64,000 nucleotides of DNA, taken from assembly GCA_965153285.1 (NCBI GenBank), contig OZ229115.1; one strand, given 5' to 3'. A model generated the notes under the pieces. It made no database searches and had not been told where the DNA came from. It saw nothing but the letters and a program-made list of their open reading frames with translations. Shown here in pieces: positions 34,289 through 47,885 of the stretch (position 1 is its first letter; every line of letters begins with the position of its first letter). Made by a program: the position numbers and the translations under genes. This DNA comes from Podarcis tiliguerta. Taxonomy: Eukaryota.

Positions 34289-37200
34289 CAGGGTTACATA
34301 TTGGCCCAAACATAAGCAGGATGGTACCAGGGTTTCTAGCAGGCTCTTGATCTTTGCCACAAGTTTATTTAAACAAAGCCTGACTTCCAGATGGTCAGGG
34401 TTCGCAAAGTGCAAGTGGAAAAGACCTATGATTCTATTTTTTATGCACATAAGCATGTCATTTGTTCAAACCACAAAGGCTCCTGCAAAATGATCCACAA
34501 GCTAGAACTACCAAATAGAAAGGAAGGAAGGAAGCTTGGATTTGGTTTGGCTGAGAAATATTCTCCAACACATTAATCAAATATGTTGCTTCCAATTTCA
34601 GAACAGTATCTGGTTAATACTGTGCACACTAGCTTGACATATCAGGCTTTTAAAACTTTTTGTTGACAATTTTAGAAGGATACTTGGGTTGTTTGCAAAG
34701 GTCACTGAGTTCAAAAGTTAAAAATATGACAGAGTAGCATTACTTGACTGCTTCATTTTTGTTAATGATACAAACATGTATATCTGAGCTAGTGTCAACA
34801 GTTTACATTATTTACCATCTGGTTCTTCTCAAATTTAATAAATCTATTTATGAATGCCGATGGGATAGCAAATGCTTCACTCTCTCTCGCCACCTTCTGC
34901 AAACATTTATCAAATAAAGTAGCAAGTTAGTTTTATTTTTAGAACACTGCTTCAAAAAGAGGAATATGTCCTTTTTCACTGATAAGGTTTCACAATCTCC
35001 AAAGTCTCAGTATGAATCTCTCAGGCAGATAGGCATTTTGTATTCAGTACATTAGCAAGATCACAGCTGAACTTTCCTTTCAAGATCTTTTCGCACAAAA
35101 GGCTGTGCATTCGTTGACTGTTCTTGTACTTAAGTGGAAGTCCTGGAGGTTCTTTTATTTTGATAAATATAGCAATTCCTCATTTCAAAGAAGCAACTGC
35201 CAACAGGGTGCAGTATTTATCCGGTTAGCTGTTGCATTAAATTTTAAGTTTAGCCTATAATAAGGCCCCCTTCTGACATTAAGTTCTCTGCATGGGAGCT
35301 TTCACTTCTTCAAGCACTGTATTAGTTACAAAACGCCACCATCAGCACCACATGAGAAATGTCAGCTCCACAGCTTCTTCCCACACCAGTGTTGCCCCCA
35401 CATCTGGGAGCAGCATGGGAAGTAGCCATGGTGATAGTTCATCAAGTACAGTTTGAGGATTCAGACGTTACATTGTGGCATGGGAGTAACTGTCACATGA
35501 TTCCTCCTTACAGTGCAATGGTAATGACAGAAGGGGCCCTCAATTGTCTGCAGAGAGCCTCAGCAGCCTTCTAATAGAAACAATTAAATTATTTGAGCCC
35601 ATTATCTCTTAAGGACATGGCAGAGAAAGCCAGAAAAAATGTGTTGGCACAGTTCTAACATAGCAGAAAGGGGAAGCCTATTTGCCCTTCATTCCAGAGG
35701 ATGAAAAGACACTGCACAGTTTGCTGCCTAAGCCACAGACTGTGGGAAGACAATAACATCAGGGAATACTACAAGAACCAGGTTTTAAAAGACTTAGAAA
35801 GAAACACAAGGGCTGCTGTACTGTATCTAAAAATACCCAGAGAAGCAAATGAGGGTGACGGTATGACCAATACAATATAATGAATTGGCACCCACAAATT
35901 CTAAGCAGTAAGGCTGAACCTTGATTTTTTTTTTTTTAATGTATAAAGCTGCCTGTTTAAGTACAGGAACAGTATTAAACAGAACACTAGTTAGTTAATT
36001 AATGCTGTGACAGCAAAGTATGGTAGTGTGGAATACACTCTTTACATCGACACAGTAAGCCAAACTACAGCTGACCAGGAATGAGTCAATGCAGCCATGT
36101 TAATGCTCAGGCTGCTCATGTTTTGTGATAGATTTTGACTGAAACCTTTGATGTATGCCAAAATTTATCAAAGTGACAGTTTAACAAAAAGCACCACCAG
36201 GAGAGAAAAAATTAGGCTATACCTTGCAAAAGATTAGGATGCACATACACAATACCTGACAATGAATACAAGTGCCAAAATTGCATCAGTTTACTGAGTA
36301 GATTTCAAGTATCCTTGTATAAGGGAATTCCAATCTTGTATGTAACGATTCCTCGGTTTATGTGACTAAAAGTAGTCTTGCTTAGAAATGAAGACTGGCT
36401 GAAAATTGGTAATTGCTAACATTATTTTGTGTTGCAGCTTTGAGAGGATTTATGCCAGTTACAAAAAGGAGAAAATATAATGATACAAAGCAAAATTTTA
36501 TTAAGAAAGTTAATACTCCAGTATTTAAAAATGTTCCTCATTGCTCTGATAGGCTAACAAAAATAATTTATCTGTATGGAAAAGAGTGTCTCTCCCACTA
36601 TCAACCCTACAAACAGCTGCAGAGGCCCTGTTGGTGGTGCCATGACAGGGCCTTATTGGAAGTAGTTCCCATTTATGAAATGCTCGTCCTTGTGGCTGGC
36701 TCTCTTTATTATCAACATTCAGGAAGAATTTAAAAACATACCTGTTCAGCCCAGCATTTGATGGCTGAAATATACTATACCTTGAAATTATTAACTGTGA
36801 GGATATGGGACTGTTTTAAAATGTTTTCACATGTTTTTAAAACATTGTGGGTGTAGTTTTGCTGTTTTGTTGTTTTCCTCCCTGTGCAACTTTGGGAGGA
36901 AAGGTGGAATAAATATAAAATAAACTTAGGAATGCTAGAATTATATAAAATGGCTCCTACCATTAACATTTGTGTTTGGAAACTAGTAAGACAAGATTGA
37001 ATAAAACCAATAGCCTAAATAATTATATTTATTTCAATGGACATACTCTGAGTATAACTTACTTGGATACCTTCCCCAAAGTTTGTTTTCTTTTACAGTC
37101 TTTAACATGCCTGCCTTCACAACAACCCTTTGAAGTGGACTACTGCCATTTCTAATATACTTTGATATGGACTGGAATACTACCTACTGAATGAACCGCA

Positions 37201-37308
37201 TCGGAGCAAAGACCTGACAACAGGTCTTGCTGTATAGTCCCTGAAATACATACTCTTGGCAACAGGCAAGTTAAGAACAGCTTATTAATGTAAGAAAATG
37301 TCACCTAC

Positions 37309-37382
37309 CGCTGATTCACAAAAGGGGTAGATATTTCTGCAAGCAGACGAAAATTAGCAAAGTATGCCAACAGTCCTCTTTC
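37309..37382 (-). CDS. TLCD4: TLCD4 coding exon 5 (74 nt)
   Basis: ERGLLAYFANFRLLAEISTPFVNQR containing the TLC-domain E.STPF.N motif; canonical splice sites. Confidence 0.94.
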
Positions 37383-38612
37383 CTAGATAAAATAAGCATT
37401 ATCACAATCAGATATATATATAGAGAGAGAGAGAGAAAGAAAGTCTCAGAAAAGCAGTAAAAAGATTTATTATACAAGATGAAATATACAAATTGAAATA
37501 TACGGTATATATTTCTACAAAATGCCAAATTAAATGTACATAATTAAACAGAATACACTTCAGAAAAATGCTTAAACTCCCTCAGTTTGGTTCCCACACC
37601 ACCTATGTACATCAAGTACTTAATGCACCTTACATTCTGTTGTTAAAATTGTATAATGTTCAAAACTGAATTATATCTTCTAGCAAGGTCAAACCCAGGT
37701 TGGTGACCTTTTAGGGTACTTGAAATGGTTCAAGAAAGATCAGATGAGATATGAAATTAAGATCTGCTGACAAAATTTTAGTTTTACCTATTAACCCACA
37801 AAACCACATACTCAACAGAAACAAGTTGCATTATCAGAGACCTCTGTAGCCTTGTTTGCAAGAGCTCTGGCTTCAGCTAATGGAGATGAGCCTTCCTTTG
37901 CCATTGGCTCTGCTGCTAAGCTCTTATGTAATGCTTACAAACATTCCGGTTGCTCATAATTTTTTTTAAACTGTCAGCACATCGTCCCAAATAAGACTGT
38001 GCTCTGTAGAAGATAAGTTTTGAATCCTGAGGGAAATTAGTTAAGTTAGTTACAAACAAGTCAAAAAAACAAAAAAAAGTACACAAGTGACAGAGTAGAA
38101 CTACCAAATCTGAACCTCATCAATGCCTCTTCTAAAGGCTCTCTGGACTGGCATTTGAACCAAAGAGGAGCCAATCCAAGTAAGTGGGTCCCTGGTGCCA
38201 CCTGAAAAATAGGAAGCTGCAACACAACTGCTGACAGGAGTGAGGTTCCATCAGCATATTACAACTCTGCTCAAATATTTGCACTGGCTGCTGGAACAGT
38301 CATACGCTATGTAATGTGCAAGTTTTAAATTAGTTTAAAATTATGTTTCTGTGAAGACATTGCTATGATCCCCTAGACCCCAAACTTTCCTATAACTAAG
38401 TATGTGAAGCCCAAATATCTTAATATCCCTCACCTTTTTACTCCACCCCCATTGCCATCCCTTTCTTCTGTCATTAGGGCAAGGACCTCTCCTTTCATTC
38501 TTTAGAAAGCACTATGCACATGGATGGCACTCTGTAAATGACTAATAACGTTCAAATTATGAATCCCACATGGCTCTTTGCTCTGCTATTACAAAAACAA
38601 TACAGCACTCAC

Positions 38613-38707
38613 CAGTACAAAGTAGTAAGCATACAGGGCTACTAAATGGTGAATTACAAAATATATATCCCCAATCGCATTCCAGTAGAAAATAATAAGC
38701 AACAAAT
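38613..38707 (-). CDS. TLCD4: TLCD4 coding exon 4 (95 nt)
   Basis: DLLLIIFYWNAIGDIYFVIHHLVALYAYYFVL with the TLC HH motif; donor CTG|gtgagt. Confidence 0.94.
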
Positions 38708-40522
38708 CTAAAAGAGAGAGAGAAAAATGAAAGGCTCAGTAATTTTCTGCAATCATTGTATTTCATCTTAAAGCATTTAATAGACAATCATTTGGGGGCA
38801 AGGAAGAAGAATTAAAATAGGTATCAAATCATGCAAATACTCAGCAAGTGGCAATGCTTCTCCTAATCTATGCTGCAAACAATCTGTAATAATTCCTGAA
38901 GTGAAAGCTGAGAGCAGAAATATAAATACAGTGTTTGGTGTATCTGTCTGCAATACACACCAGCCAGTGCCAGGCTATAGCATGGTGACACAGCAATGCG
39001 GCACCTCATCCTAAGCAACTACACACTGGCACAGCAACGCTATATAAAACCCTTTCTGCATGAGTAGCCATTATACAATACTTAGCATGTCAAAGCTTTC
39101 CCATGACTCCCTTGTTGCTGCTATGTGTTGACTTGAATGCAGGTGTCCACTGTTTCAGGTAGATTTTGTGTATGTGTGGATAGGACCAGCCTTGGAAGGC
39201 ATTAATGTTGGTCACCATTTTGTCTCAAAACACACACATGCCAATTATCGGGTAGGCTGTTCAAGTTTAGCTCTTCTGCACCAGAGAGTTGAATAATTTT
39301 GTTGCAGAAATTGAATACAATAGTAGTTTCCATTAAGAAATCTTAGGAGGTCATAGCACCGAAACTGAGGACTTGCAATATAAAGTGTACAGGGGATTTC
39401 AATCTTATGCTGAGGGAAATGCTTCATGTACTGCTGACATTTTTAGCGAACGTGCTAAGCTTTCCTCCTTTCACAGAATAAAACTGAAAGCACCCATGAA
39501 CAGAGCCACTAGATGGATACTGGTATAAATCAATTAAAATGATAAAATAATAATAGTCTACTTACCAGTTCCATTGGGGATATCTTTAATACAATCTATT
39601 AAAAAAAAAACCAAGTCCAAACATCCCACTGCAGTGGCACCTCCAGAGAGAGGGCACACCAGTCAAACTACTGACAATGAGAAAAGTGAAGGATTGGCAA
39701 AGGGCAACTATAAAATAGACAGAAACCCTTTTTCATGGTATCAGGGTTATAGTTTCCAGCATACCATCAGGAAATAGAGCCCCAAGCCTGGATTGTGGCG
39801 CCTAATCATATGACAGTGCTGCTTCCCACTAATATGAACCTCAGGTATAAATAATCAAGCCAATTTTAAAGTTGTTTCAAATTCCACATGGTTGTTTGGA
39901 TGTTGCTATCCATTACCCCTGCACAGCATCCACAGTTAGTAATAAATTCCACCCCACAATGCCAAAAGCACTTTTGAAAATTATTTTTGGTTTTGCCATA
40001 TGTTTTAGGGCCCAAAAGAAAAGATGCATATTCACGTATGCATTTTTTGTGGCCCTTTAAGATGGGGGGGGGAGAGGTTCAACTTTCACAGGAACAAAAC
40101 TGAACCGACCAGAAGATGCTTGCCATCTGGTTTAGTTAGCTTCTCTTCCCCTTGGTTGCATTGCTACAGTTATCAAATTACTGGTGCCAGATCAGGGTTA
40201 CTGCAGTAGGGCAGGGGGGAGGGGAGGGTAATTCCTGTTGCTTCAGAGGAATGACTGGCTGTATTCAACCTTGGAGTATTAGAAGCTGGCAGAGGAACTA
40301 TAAGCTTACAACATTACAATATTGTCGGTAAGCATATAATCATATTTCCCACCAGCATGTTCCCCCCACTCCCAACACAAAAGGCAAGGAAGGTAAATTC
40401 TGCTTTCTAAGAAACAGGGTTTCCTAAAGGCTAATACCTTGGTAAATATTATTATTGTAAAAAGTTAAGTTGTGCATGGTGCAAATTACAACAAACTTTA
40501 CAAATAACATTGTATACTTTAC

Positions 40523-40581
40523 CAGAAATGAGGTAGCCTGAAGTAATAGCAAGGTTTAGTTGCACAGTAGAAGGCTCACCC
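40523..40581 (-). CDS. TLCD4: TLCD4 coding exon 3 (59 nt)
   Basis: GEPSTVQLNLAITSGYLIS, compare human GGPSLANVNIAIASGYLIS. Confidence 0.92.
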
Positions 40582-43500
40582 CTATAAACAGTGACACAAA
40601 GGATGCAAAAGTTATAACACGTGCATGACAACTACATATATGTATATTGGTTAACACATATGGAAATATTTGCCTCCTTGCCCCAGAAAAACACCCTGCC
40701 TGCCCTCATGCCTCCTTTTCTACCCTCCCACACAATTTGGGATGGTGTAGGGAATAAGAAATGTTTAACTAACCGTGACATATGACAAAAAGGTAAAGTA
40801 GCAGCTCTTCAACAAATAGATTATTAAGAGTATGGACTATGGAAGATGGAGAAACTCCTCACTCTTCACTGAAAAAGTAAAACTACTTTGGCCTCTCTAG
40901 TCTTGTTCATTATACCAATGGTTTTCAGAGCCATTCTGTGACATTTTTTCTCTTCCTTTCTGCTGCTTTGCTAGTTTTTATGGGGCTGACAAGCAACATG
41001 CTAATCTATTACTAACTGATGGCCAAACCAGTTTGTTAATCTTTCTGCCATCACCTTCACCCTTTATGCGGGTGGGATGGGTTGTGACTCTGTGCGCAGG
41101 AAATGGTAGATTGTCCTCTGTCTTCTGCTTCCTAACCTTCACTGATTAGGCTAGATGTATACATGAAAATGGAGATGGAGAAGCTTTTTCAGCCCAAGAG
41201 TCATTTATCTGCACGGGCAAACATTTGGATTTTGTTGTTGTTTTTTCAAATTTTGAAACATTTTTTATTACGTTTGATAGTACAAAACAATCCCCTGCTT
41301 GTCTCATAGAAGAGACACAGGGAGTCAAAAGCTATTTTATCCTGTCTTTGTAGTTCATCTTTAGTTGCATAAACAATAAAACACAAATCTGCAACAAATG
41401 GGCTACCATTCTAGGGGCTACATGCCAGGAATAGGTGGGGCCAGAGGTAAAAGTGGGTGGAGCAACAGATGTAGAAAGAGTCACATTCCAGCCGCACAAA
41501 AGTCTGAGGCTGGACATACCTCTCCATCCTCCATCCTGGCAAGCAAAAGGCATTATCACACTTCAAGGACACATTCTAGTCAGGCAAAAGCAATTGAGAA
41601 TGATGAGGAGTTTATGAGGAGAGACACACTGCAGATATATCTCACATGTACACAATGATCCCCAATGAAGCAGCATATGAACTTGATAGACAAGACAGAG
41701 GATTAGGCTTCAAATTAATGTAAGACCTATATTTGAGCCTTAAATAAATCTAAGTTTTGTGAATCTTCATTGCAACCTTTTACCTGAAGAATGTAGCCAA
41801 CATAAAAGGAAGAAAAGTGGCTGTGGCATGCTTGTCATTCCCCTATAATTTTCACCTACATTTAAATTGCAATTTCCCAGACTTAATTATATTTGCCTCT
41901 AATTGTTCCAATTCTCAAATGGCAAGAAAGAGTTCCTAATTAAAAAAGAAAATCTTTCATAAACTGACTTTGGAGCTTAAGTCTGCCTTCTCTAGGGACA
42001 AGGCAAATTTTAAACCATGATCATACAATATCGTTTCAATTTCATCAGTGTTTCTTTCAGTGTTTATCATCAGTCATAAAGTCAACTAAAATCAAACCAT
42101 GGCAGACTAATCAAAAAATGGAAAGCAAACTCTTGCTGTACTAAACATCAACAGGAGTGTGCAAAGGGAATTCCAATCGTAGAAAGACCACGTGTCCAGG
42201 TTCTATACAGTGTATAAACGTTGCATTAATGTAAATTGTATAAAACTATTTAGGCCTAATAAGTAGAAGCAAGTTTGTTTCCACTTAAAACAATGTGCTC
42301 ATTTAAAATAAAGTGATCCTAGGTTTCAGTTGCAATCCAATACCCACAGCAGGGATGTACAGAGCTGTGCACAACCGAGAGCAATGAATAGGCCTGGATT
42401 GGGAACCAAAATATACAGGATGGTTCATTCCCTCATCACTTTCACAACACCTCATTTTCTACAGGCTGCTGCCAGCATAGATCCTACAGGCAGTTTTCCC
42501 CAACACACACACACATTGTGGAGAAGGGGGAAGTGAGCACAAAGTGACGCTAGTGTTACTCCAGCAGTAACCAGCTTACCTGGGAAAGCTGGATAGAGGG
42601 ATACCTCCATTCATTTCAACTCTCTCCCCCAAGCCCGGTATAAGGAGGGAGGGCTTAGATTGCTCTGCCCATCATGAATTACATTTCACCTTGATTCTCA
42701 TGATAGCGAGCCAACAGCAAGTTGTAGCTGAATTTTCTCGTGAAGATGTTTGCACAGATTTCTGGCAATTGTTGCTTGATTATTTTTTTAAAAAAGGAAA
42801 GTATGAGAACAAATTGAAACCCAGCAGACATATGCAGATAAGGCATACAAACTGCAGTGCCAAGAACTACTGTCCCACTCCACAAATTAGCTGAAAATAT
42901 GTACGCCTCAAAACCAGCAACAAAAACTTGAAACTTCAAAATTAATGAGAATCTCCAATTTGATCTTCAGCAACTGAAGTGGAATCCTACATTTTATTTG
43001 CTATTAAAAACTTAGTAGCGGTGGTAGGAAAGAATCAGGCACTTTTTACTGCATTAGACAAGTAGATGCTGCTGAAAGAAGAACTTAATATAGCCTTTAA
43101 ACATTCTTCTTATTCCCTAACATGCTAGCTAAATCACAGCCAACTGAAGATTGAAACTATTTCAAAGCTCATCCAAAGAACTCCTAGTCTAACAAAGGAA
43201 ACTAGTTCTCTCCCTGAATAATCAGGCATTTTAAAAAGTTTATGTCAGTAGATTTATGTCAGTTTCTTACTCAATAGATTTAAAATCTGGTAAGTCCTCC
43301 CCCCATCCCCTGTACAGAAATCTAACCCATCATTATTGTAATGCTCCCCAGGTGGAATTAAGAGCAGGTAAAGGGAACACAAAGCACACAATCCAATGAG
43401 TTGCTTCCAATAGCAAGTAACCACATTTCTCTTGTGCTGCTTTTCAGTGAAAATGCAAGATCAATACCAACATTAATTTTCTAGAAAGACCACCCTGGTT

Positions 43501-44226
43501 TTGCAATGCTTTGTGTCATCTTTACAAAACGTTTTAGGAAGCAAAGTGACCTCAAACAGAGATTCTGAAAAAGGGATCTATAATTTCATGGGAGTTTATA
43601 CCAGCAAACCATGCTGAACCTCAGCTACCTGCATCAGCACCTTATTAAGAAAAAGTATGCACAGTATAGGCTGTCTAATTCTTAATGCTGCCACAGAGTT
43701 CTCATCCACACGTTTTATTTGTAGTATCTCATATTATTATTATTTACTTATTAAATTTATATCCCGTTCTTCCTCTCGAAGGATAGCAAACACATCCACA
43801 AGCAAAACACACAAAAAAGGCATTGTAACATTCTCTTATCCAGTGGTCTCATGGTTGCCAGGAGGAGCAGCATCCTTCAGCCATGAAATACCTGGGTAAA
43901 CAATGGTCATAGCGGTAAACAGTATTTATTCGTTCAGAAGGTGGTGATGATGGTATCAGTGAGGAAGCTTACAGGAATTTCATCACTGTAAAGGCAACTT
44001 CAATAAGCAACTCTGATAATCCAGAGCCTCAGAATTCTTCTCCACATTATAGCCAACACAAATAAGAAACAACACTTTAGAACTTTTGTACAATTGGTAG
44101 AGGTAAATGTCTTATGCTTTAAATTAGGCTTGGAAATAATTTGACTAGCAGAGTGAAGAGCAATGGAACAGTCGAGTGGGGCAAGGAAAAGGGGAGAGGA
44201 GATTTACAAGCAAGAATGTGCCTTAC

Positions 44227-44316
44227 CAAACATGGTCAGCATTTACAGCTTCATCGTACAATAAAATATACAAACAAAATACTCCAACCAACAAGGCATG
44301 GAATGATGATACCGTC
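44227..44316 (-). CDS. TLCD4: TLCD4 coding exon 2 (90 nt)
   Basis: TVSSFHALLVGVFCLYILLYDEAVNADHVW; strong polypyrimidine acceptor, donor TG|gtaagg. Confidence 0.94.
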
Positions 44317-44725
44317 CTAAAAAGAAAAGAAAAAACACAACCCAATTAGGAATGAACTGGATTTAAAATTGGGGGAGCTGGGTGCAACAATTATATGCTT
44401 CTAGAAATTCTCAAAATATTTAAACCTCAGTCAGAAAAGCCTGCCATTAATACAGATTGCAAAATAGTATCAAAGGAAAATAGTTTTGAGTTGGGAGTCA
44501 CCTACACTAGAATGTTTCAAAGTGCTTGTTCTGCATGTAGGAAACTGTATTATTATTATACGGCAATGCCATCCAAAAGCTGGGCAGATACGAGTTTCAA
44601 AGAACTCATCCATTGGAGGCCATTATCTAATTTACTTCATAGTGAGAGAGGGAGACCTCAGCTACCAGGCTCCCTACAAACAAAGTAGGATAACACCAAA
44701 AAGGGGGTTCCCCGTTTATTATATA

Positions 44726-44978
44726 CAGTGGTACCTCAGGTTAAGAACTTAATTCGGGTTAAGAACTTAATTCCGTTCTGTTCTTAATCTGAAACTGTTC
44801 TAAACCTGAAGCACCACTTTAGCTAATGGGGCCTCCCGCTGCTGCTGTGCCGCCGCTGCACGATTTCTGTTCTCGTCCTGAAGCAAAGTTCTTAACCCGA
44901 GGTAATATTTCTGGGTTAGCGGAGTCTGTAACCTGAAGCGTCTGTAACCTGAAGCATCTGTAACCCGAGGTGCCACTG
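44726..44978. mobile_element. Tc1/mariner MITE
   Basis: TA|cagtggtacctcaggtt ... aacccgaggtgccactg|TA. Confidence 0.85.
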
Positions 44979-46822
44979 TACTATTCATTTTCAAAAGGCC
45001 ATTGCAGAAGCAGATTTAGGGCAGAGCTATAGTTCTACCATACTGGGCACCAAGTCTAGGGAGTACCACAGGGCGTCACAACTATGACCGTAGACAATTG
45101 AGCAGAACGGAAGACCCGAGGTGGGAAGCACAAAATTTTGGCCTCACAGGGTGCTGCTGAAATTTGAAAGACTGAAGTCCATCTCTGGCCATTGTCATTT
45201 GTGTCCCAAGGTTCAAAGTGCTTCATACACTCTGCAGATAACTGTGCCAGCTTAACTCATCAGGTATATGAAACCTGAATTGATGTTGTTTAAGCTTCAC
45301 TTAAGAATGACAGCTAGCACATTCAGGAACTCCAACACCATGACACATAACTCTAATACATAAACTATGTGTGCTTTTTCATTCAGGCCATTGGTGGCAC
45401 CGACAGCAGCTCTGTGACCACATCCCCAAAACTAAAGCGAAGGAGAAGCCTTGAAAATACAGAGGTTCATCAAATCTTTGGAATGGAGTCATAGATTTCA
45501 GTGCATTGAACCGTCATCTCTAAGAACTCTGGTCAGAGAGAGAAATTTACAGAAAGAAAATTAAACTTTTGTTGGTTCACCACATATCTGTTTGCTAGTG
45601 TTTTCAGAGATAAAACACTGAACAAACATTATCTTCCACTCACTTTGGGGCTTCTGTTAAGAAATGCCTAACACAAACTTTGCCTGTCATAATGCCACTC
45701 CTTTAATGGCAACTGGTAAACAGTCTTCCAATATCCATTCATTTGGCACCACTCCAACAGAGAAAGATGCGCACCACTAAGTATATTCTCTGAGAAATAT
45801 GGAGTAGTATTTTTCCTTACACCACAAGTAGATCTCACATTCAACTGCAATACTTTCAATGTGAAAGATGCATTTAGAGCACTAACTATTTTATAAATTG
45901 CTAAGTAGTTCGTTTTCCCCGTGTCAAATTTTAAAACGGAAATTCCTCAGAGCAGGGACCTGTCCTCTTGAACTCTGTAAAGTGCCGTGCGAATATTTTT
46001 GTATGAGATTAATGGTTTCTCCCACAAGAGTACTGCAAAATATCACTTAGGCAACAAAATGCAAAGGATATCTGCGGGGGGGGGGGCAGGAGGTTCGCAG
46101 GCAAGATGTGCATATCACAAATCAGTTGGTGTGTATATTTTCATAATTAAGAACAAAAGTATACTGCATCTCAGTGGTCAATTCATGGAAGGCAAGAAAT
46201 CAGCAAACAGGATACCATCCAATATTTCCTTATAAGTCTCCTACTAAATTCCATAAAAAGTGCTCTTATCAGTTTATTTAGGACAAGACAACACTGCTTC
46301 AGCTTTGCCCATTTTTGCACATTTAACAGTAAACACTCAGTAGATGAAGTTTTCTAGTACGGAACTGAAGTAACAGAGAAAGCTTACATTAGTTTATATG
46401 CAACCTGACTGCTCTTAAAAGCATAGAAGCAGGGCCAGTAAATAAGATGGCACCCCTAAGTAACCACATATATCTTTCTGCAACTTAGTAATATGCACAC
46501 TATTTAACAAAGTTAAAGACACCGTCAAAATAGCAACCAAGGTTCATTAATATTTTTAAATTTTAACTCAAGTCACTTTAATTTCAAATTTATTCATCAG
46601 TGCTTATTTATTATTTCAATTTATATCTCACTTTTCAACATATAACATCTAAAGCAGCTTTTGTGTAAAGAAAACAAATATTTTTACGGTACCAAAAAAA
46701 TGGAACTAAGATCAATTGAGTTTTGGAAGTATGTTCTTTTGGTAAGTGTGCTAGGAAGCACAACTGAATTGTTACAAGTTTTTGAAAATCTATTGTTGTA
46801 TCCCATTGTTTATAAACATTAC

Positions 46823-46980
46823 CTTGAATTCCATTCGATCTTCTTCTTTTGGTCAAGACTGCTAAAACCAGAAGTTACACGTGCAGAAATCCAAGAACTT
46901 AGCACGTGGAAGAGAAGTTGAGATATAGCAAAACTGCTAACAGTAACACCCAAATTGAGTTTACTGAAGGCAGACATCAT
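46823..46980 (-). CDS. TLCD4: TLCD4 coding exon 1 (exon acceptor at 46988)
   Basis: MMSAFSKLNLGVTVSSFAISQLLFHVLSSWISARVTSGFSSLDQKKKIEWNSR; KKKIEWNSR matches human; the six exons total 792 nt = 263 aa + stop. Confidence 0.94.
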
Positions 46981-47512
46981 TCTTCAGCCTGTTAAGGGAA
47001 GAGGGGGGGGGGAGTTCCTTAATTCAGGTATGGATTGTCAATGGAGTATAAGCAAAGCAACAATCATGTCAATTTAAATAACAAGAAACACAGAAGCTAC
47101 AACTCTCTCAATAGCCATGGGTAGAAGAGAAGCAAGCATGCATAAACCTGGAGGTGTCCAGCAGGGTGATTGGGTTCTAGCTAAAGAAAAACACCTTTTG
47201 CTGCATACACATTTGTCCCCTGCTCACAGTCCAGCTTTCTTGAATTGCAACTATAGTTTTAAAACTTTTGTAATACCAACATACACACTAAATAGATTGG
47301 CCCTGACCTCTCAAGTTATGCCAGCTGAGCAAGGGATATCATTTTCACTACATCCTCTACACCAGGATAACTCAAAAGTAATAGTTATGACAGTGCAGTG
47401 TCATCATTGTGCCATCATAACTTCAAGTCAGCCAGCTACACGGTTGTAACTGTGACAACATAAGGGAGGGAAAGGAAGGGAGTTGAAGAGGAGTGCCCAG
47501 GTAAGTCTGAAC

Positions 47513-47649
47513 TAGGGTTGCCATGCGTCCTCTTTTTCCCAGAACACACCCTCTTTTCCGGGGGTAAAATTTGGGACAAATTGCATTTATTTGCTTTGAA
47601 TGGCCGCCATAGCATCCTCTCTTTTGCTTTTCAAAATATGGCAACCCTA
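47513..47649. mobile_element. hAT-type MITE with TAGGGTTGCCA termini
   Basis: tagggttgccat ... atggcaacccta inverted ends. Confidence 0.65.
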
Positions 47650-47749
47650 GTTGGAAACTTATCCTTCTCCAGGGCTAAGTCCAGTTTCCCCACAACACCA
47701 ATGTGAATTAACGGCAGCAAAATACTCACACAAATAGAAGAATTCAAGG

Positions 47750-47885
47750 CAGTGATGGCCAAACCTGGCCCTCCAGCTGTTTGGGAACTACAACTCCCAT
47801 CATTCCTAGCTAACAGGACCAGTGGTCAGGGATGATGGGAATTGTAGTCCCAAAACAGCCGGAGGGCCAAGTTTGGCCATCACTG
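47750..47885. mobile_element. hAT-type MITE (URR1/Charlie-like)
   Basis: TIRs cagtgatggccaaac / gtttggccatcactg with a perfect 8-bp TSD attcaagg. Confidence 0.88.
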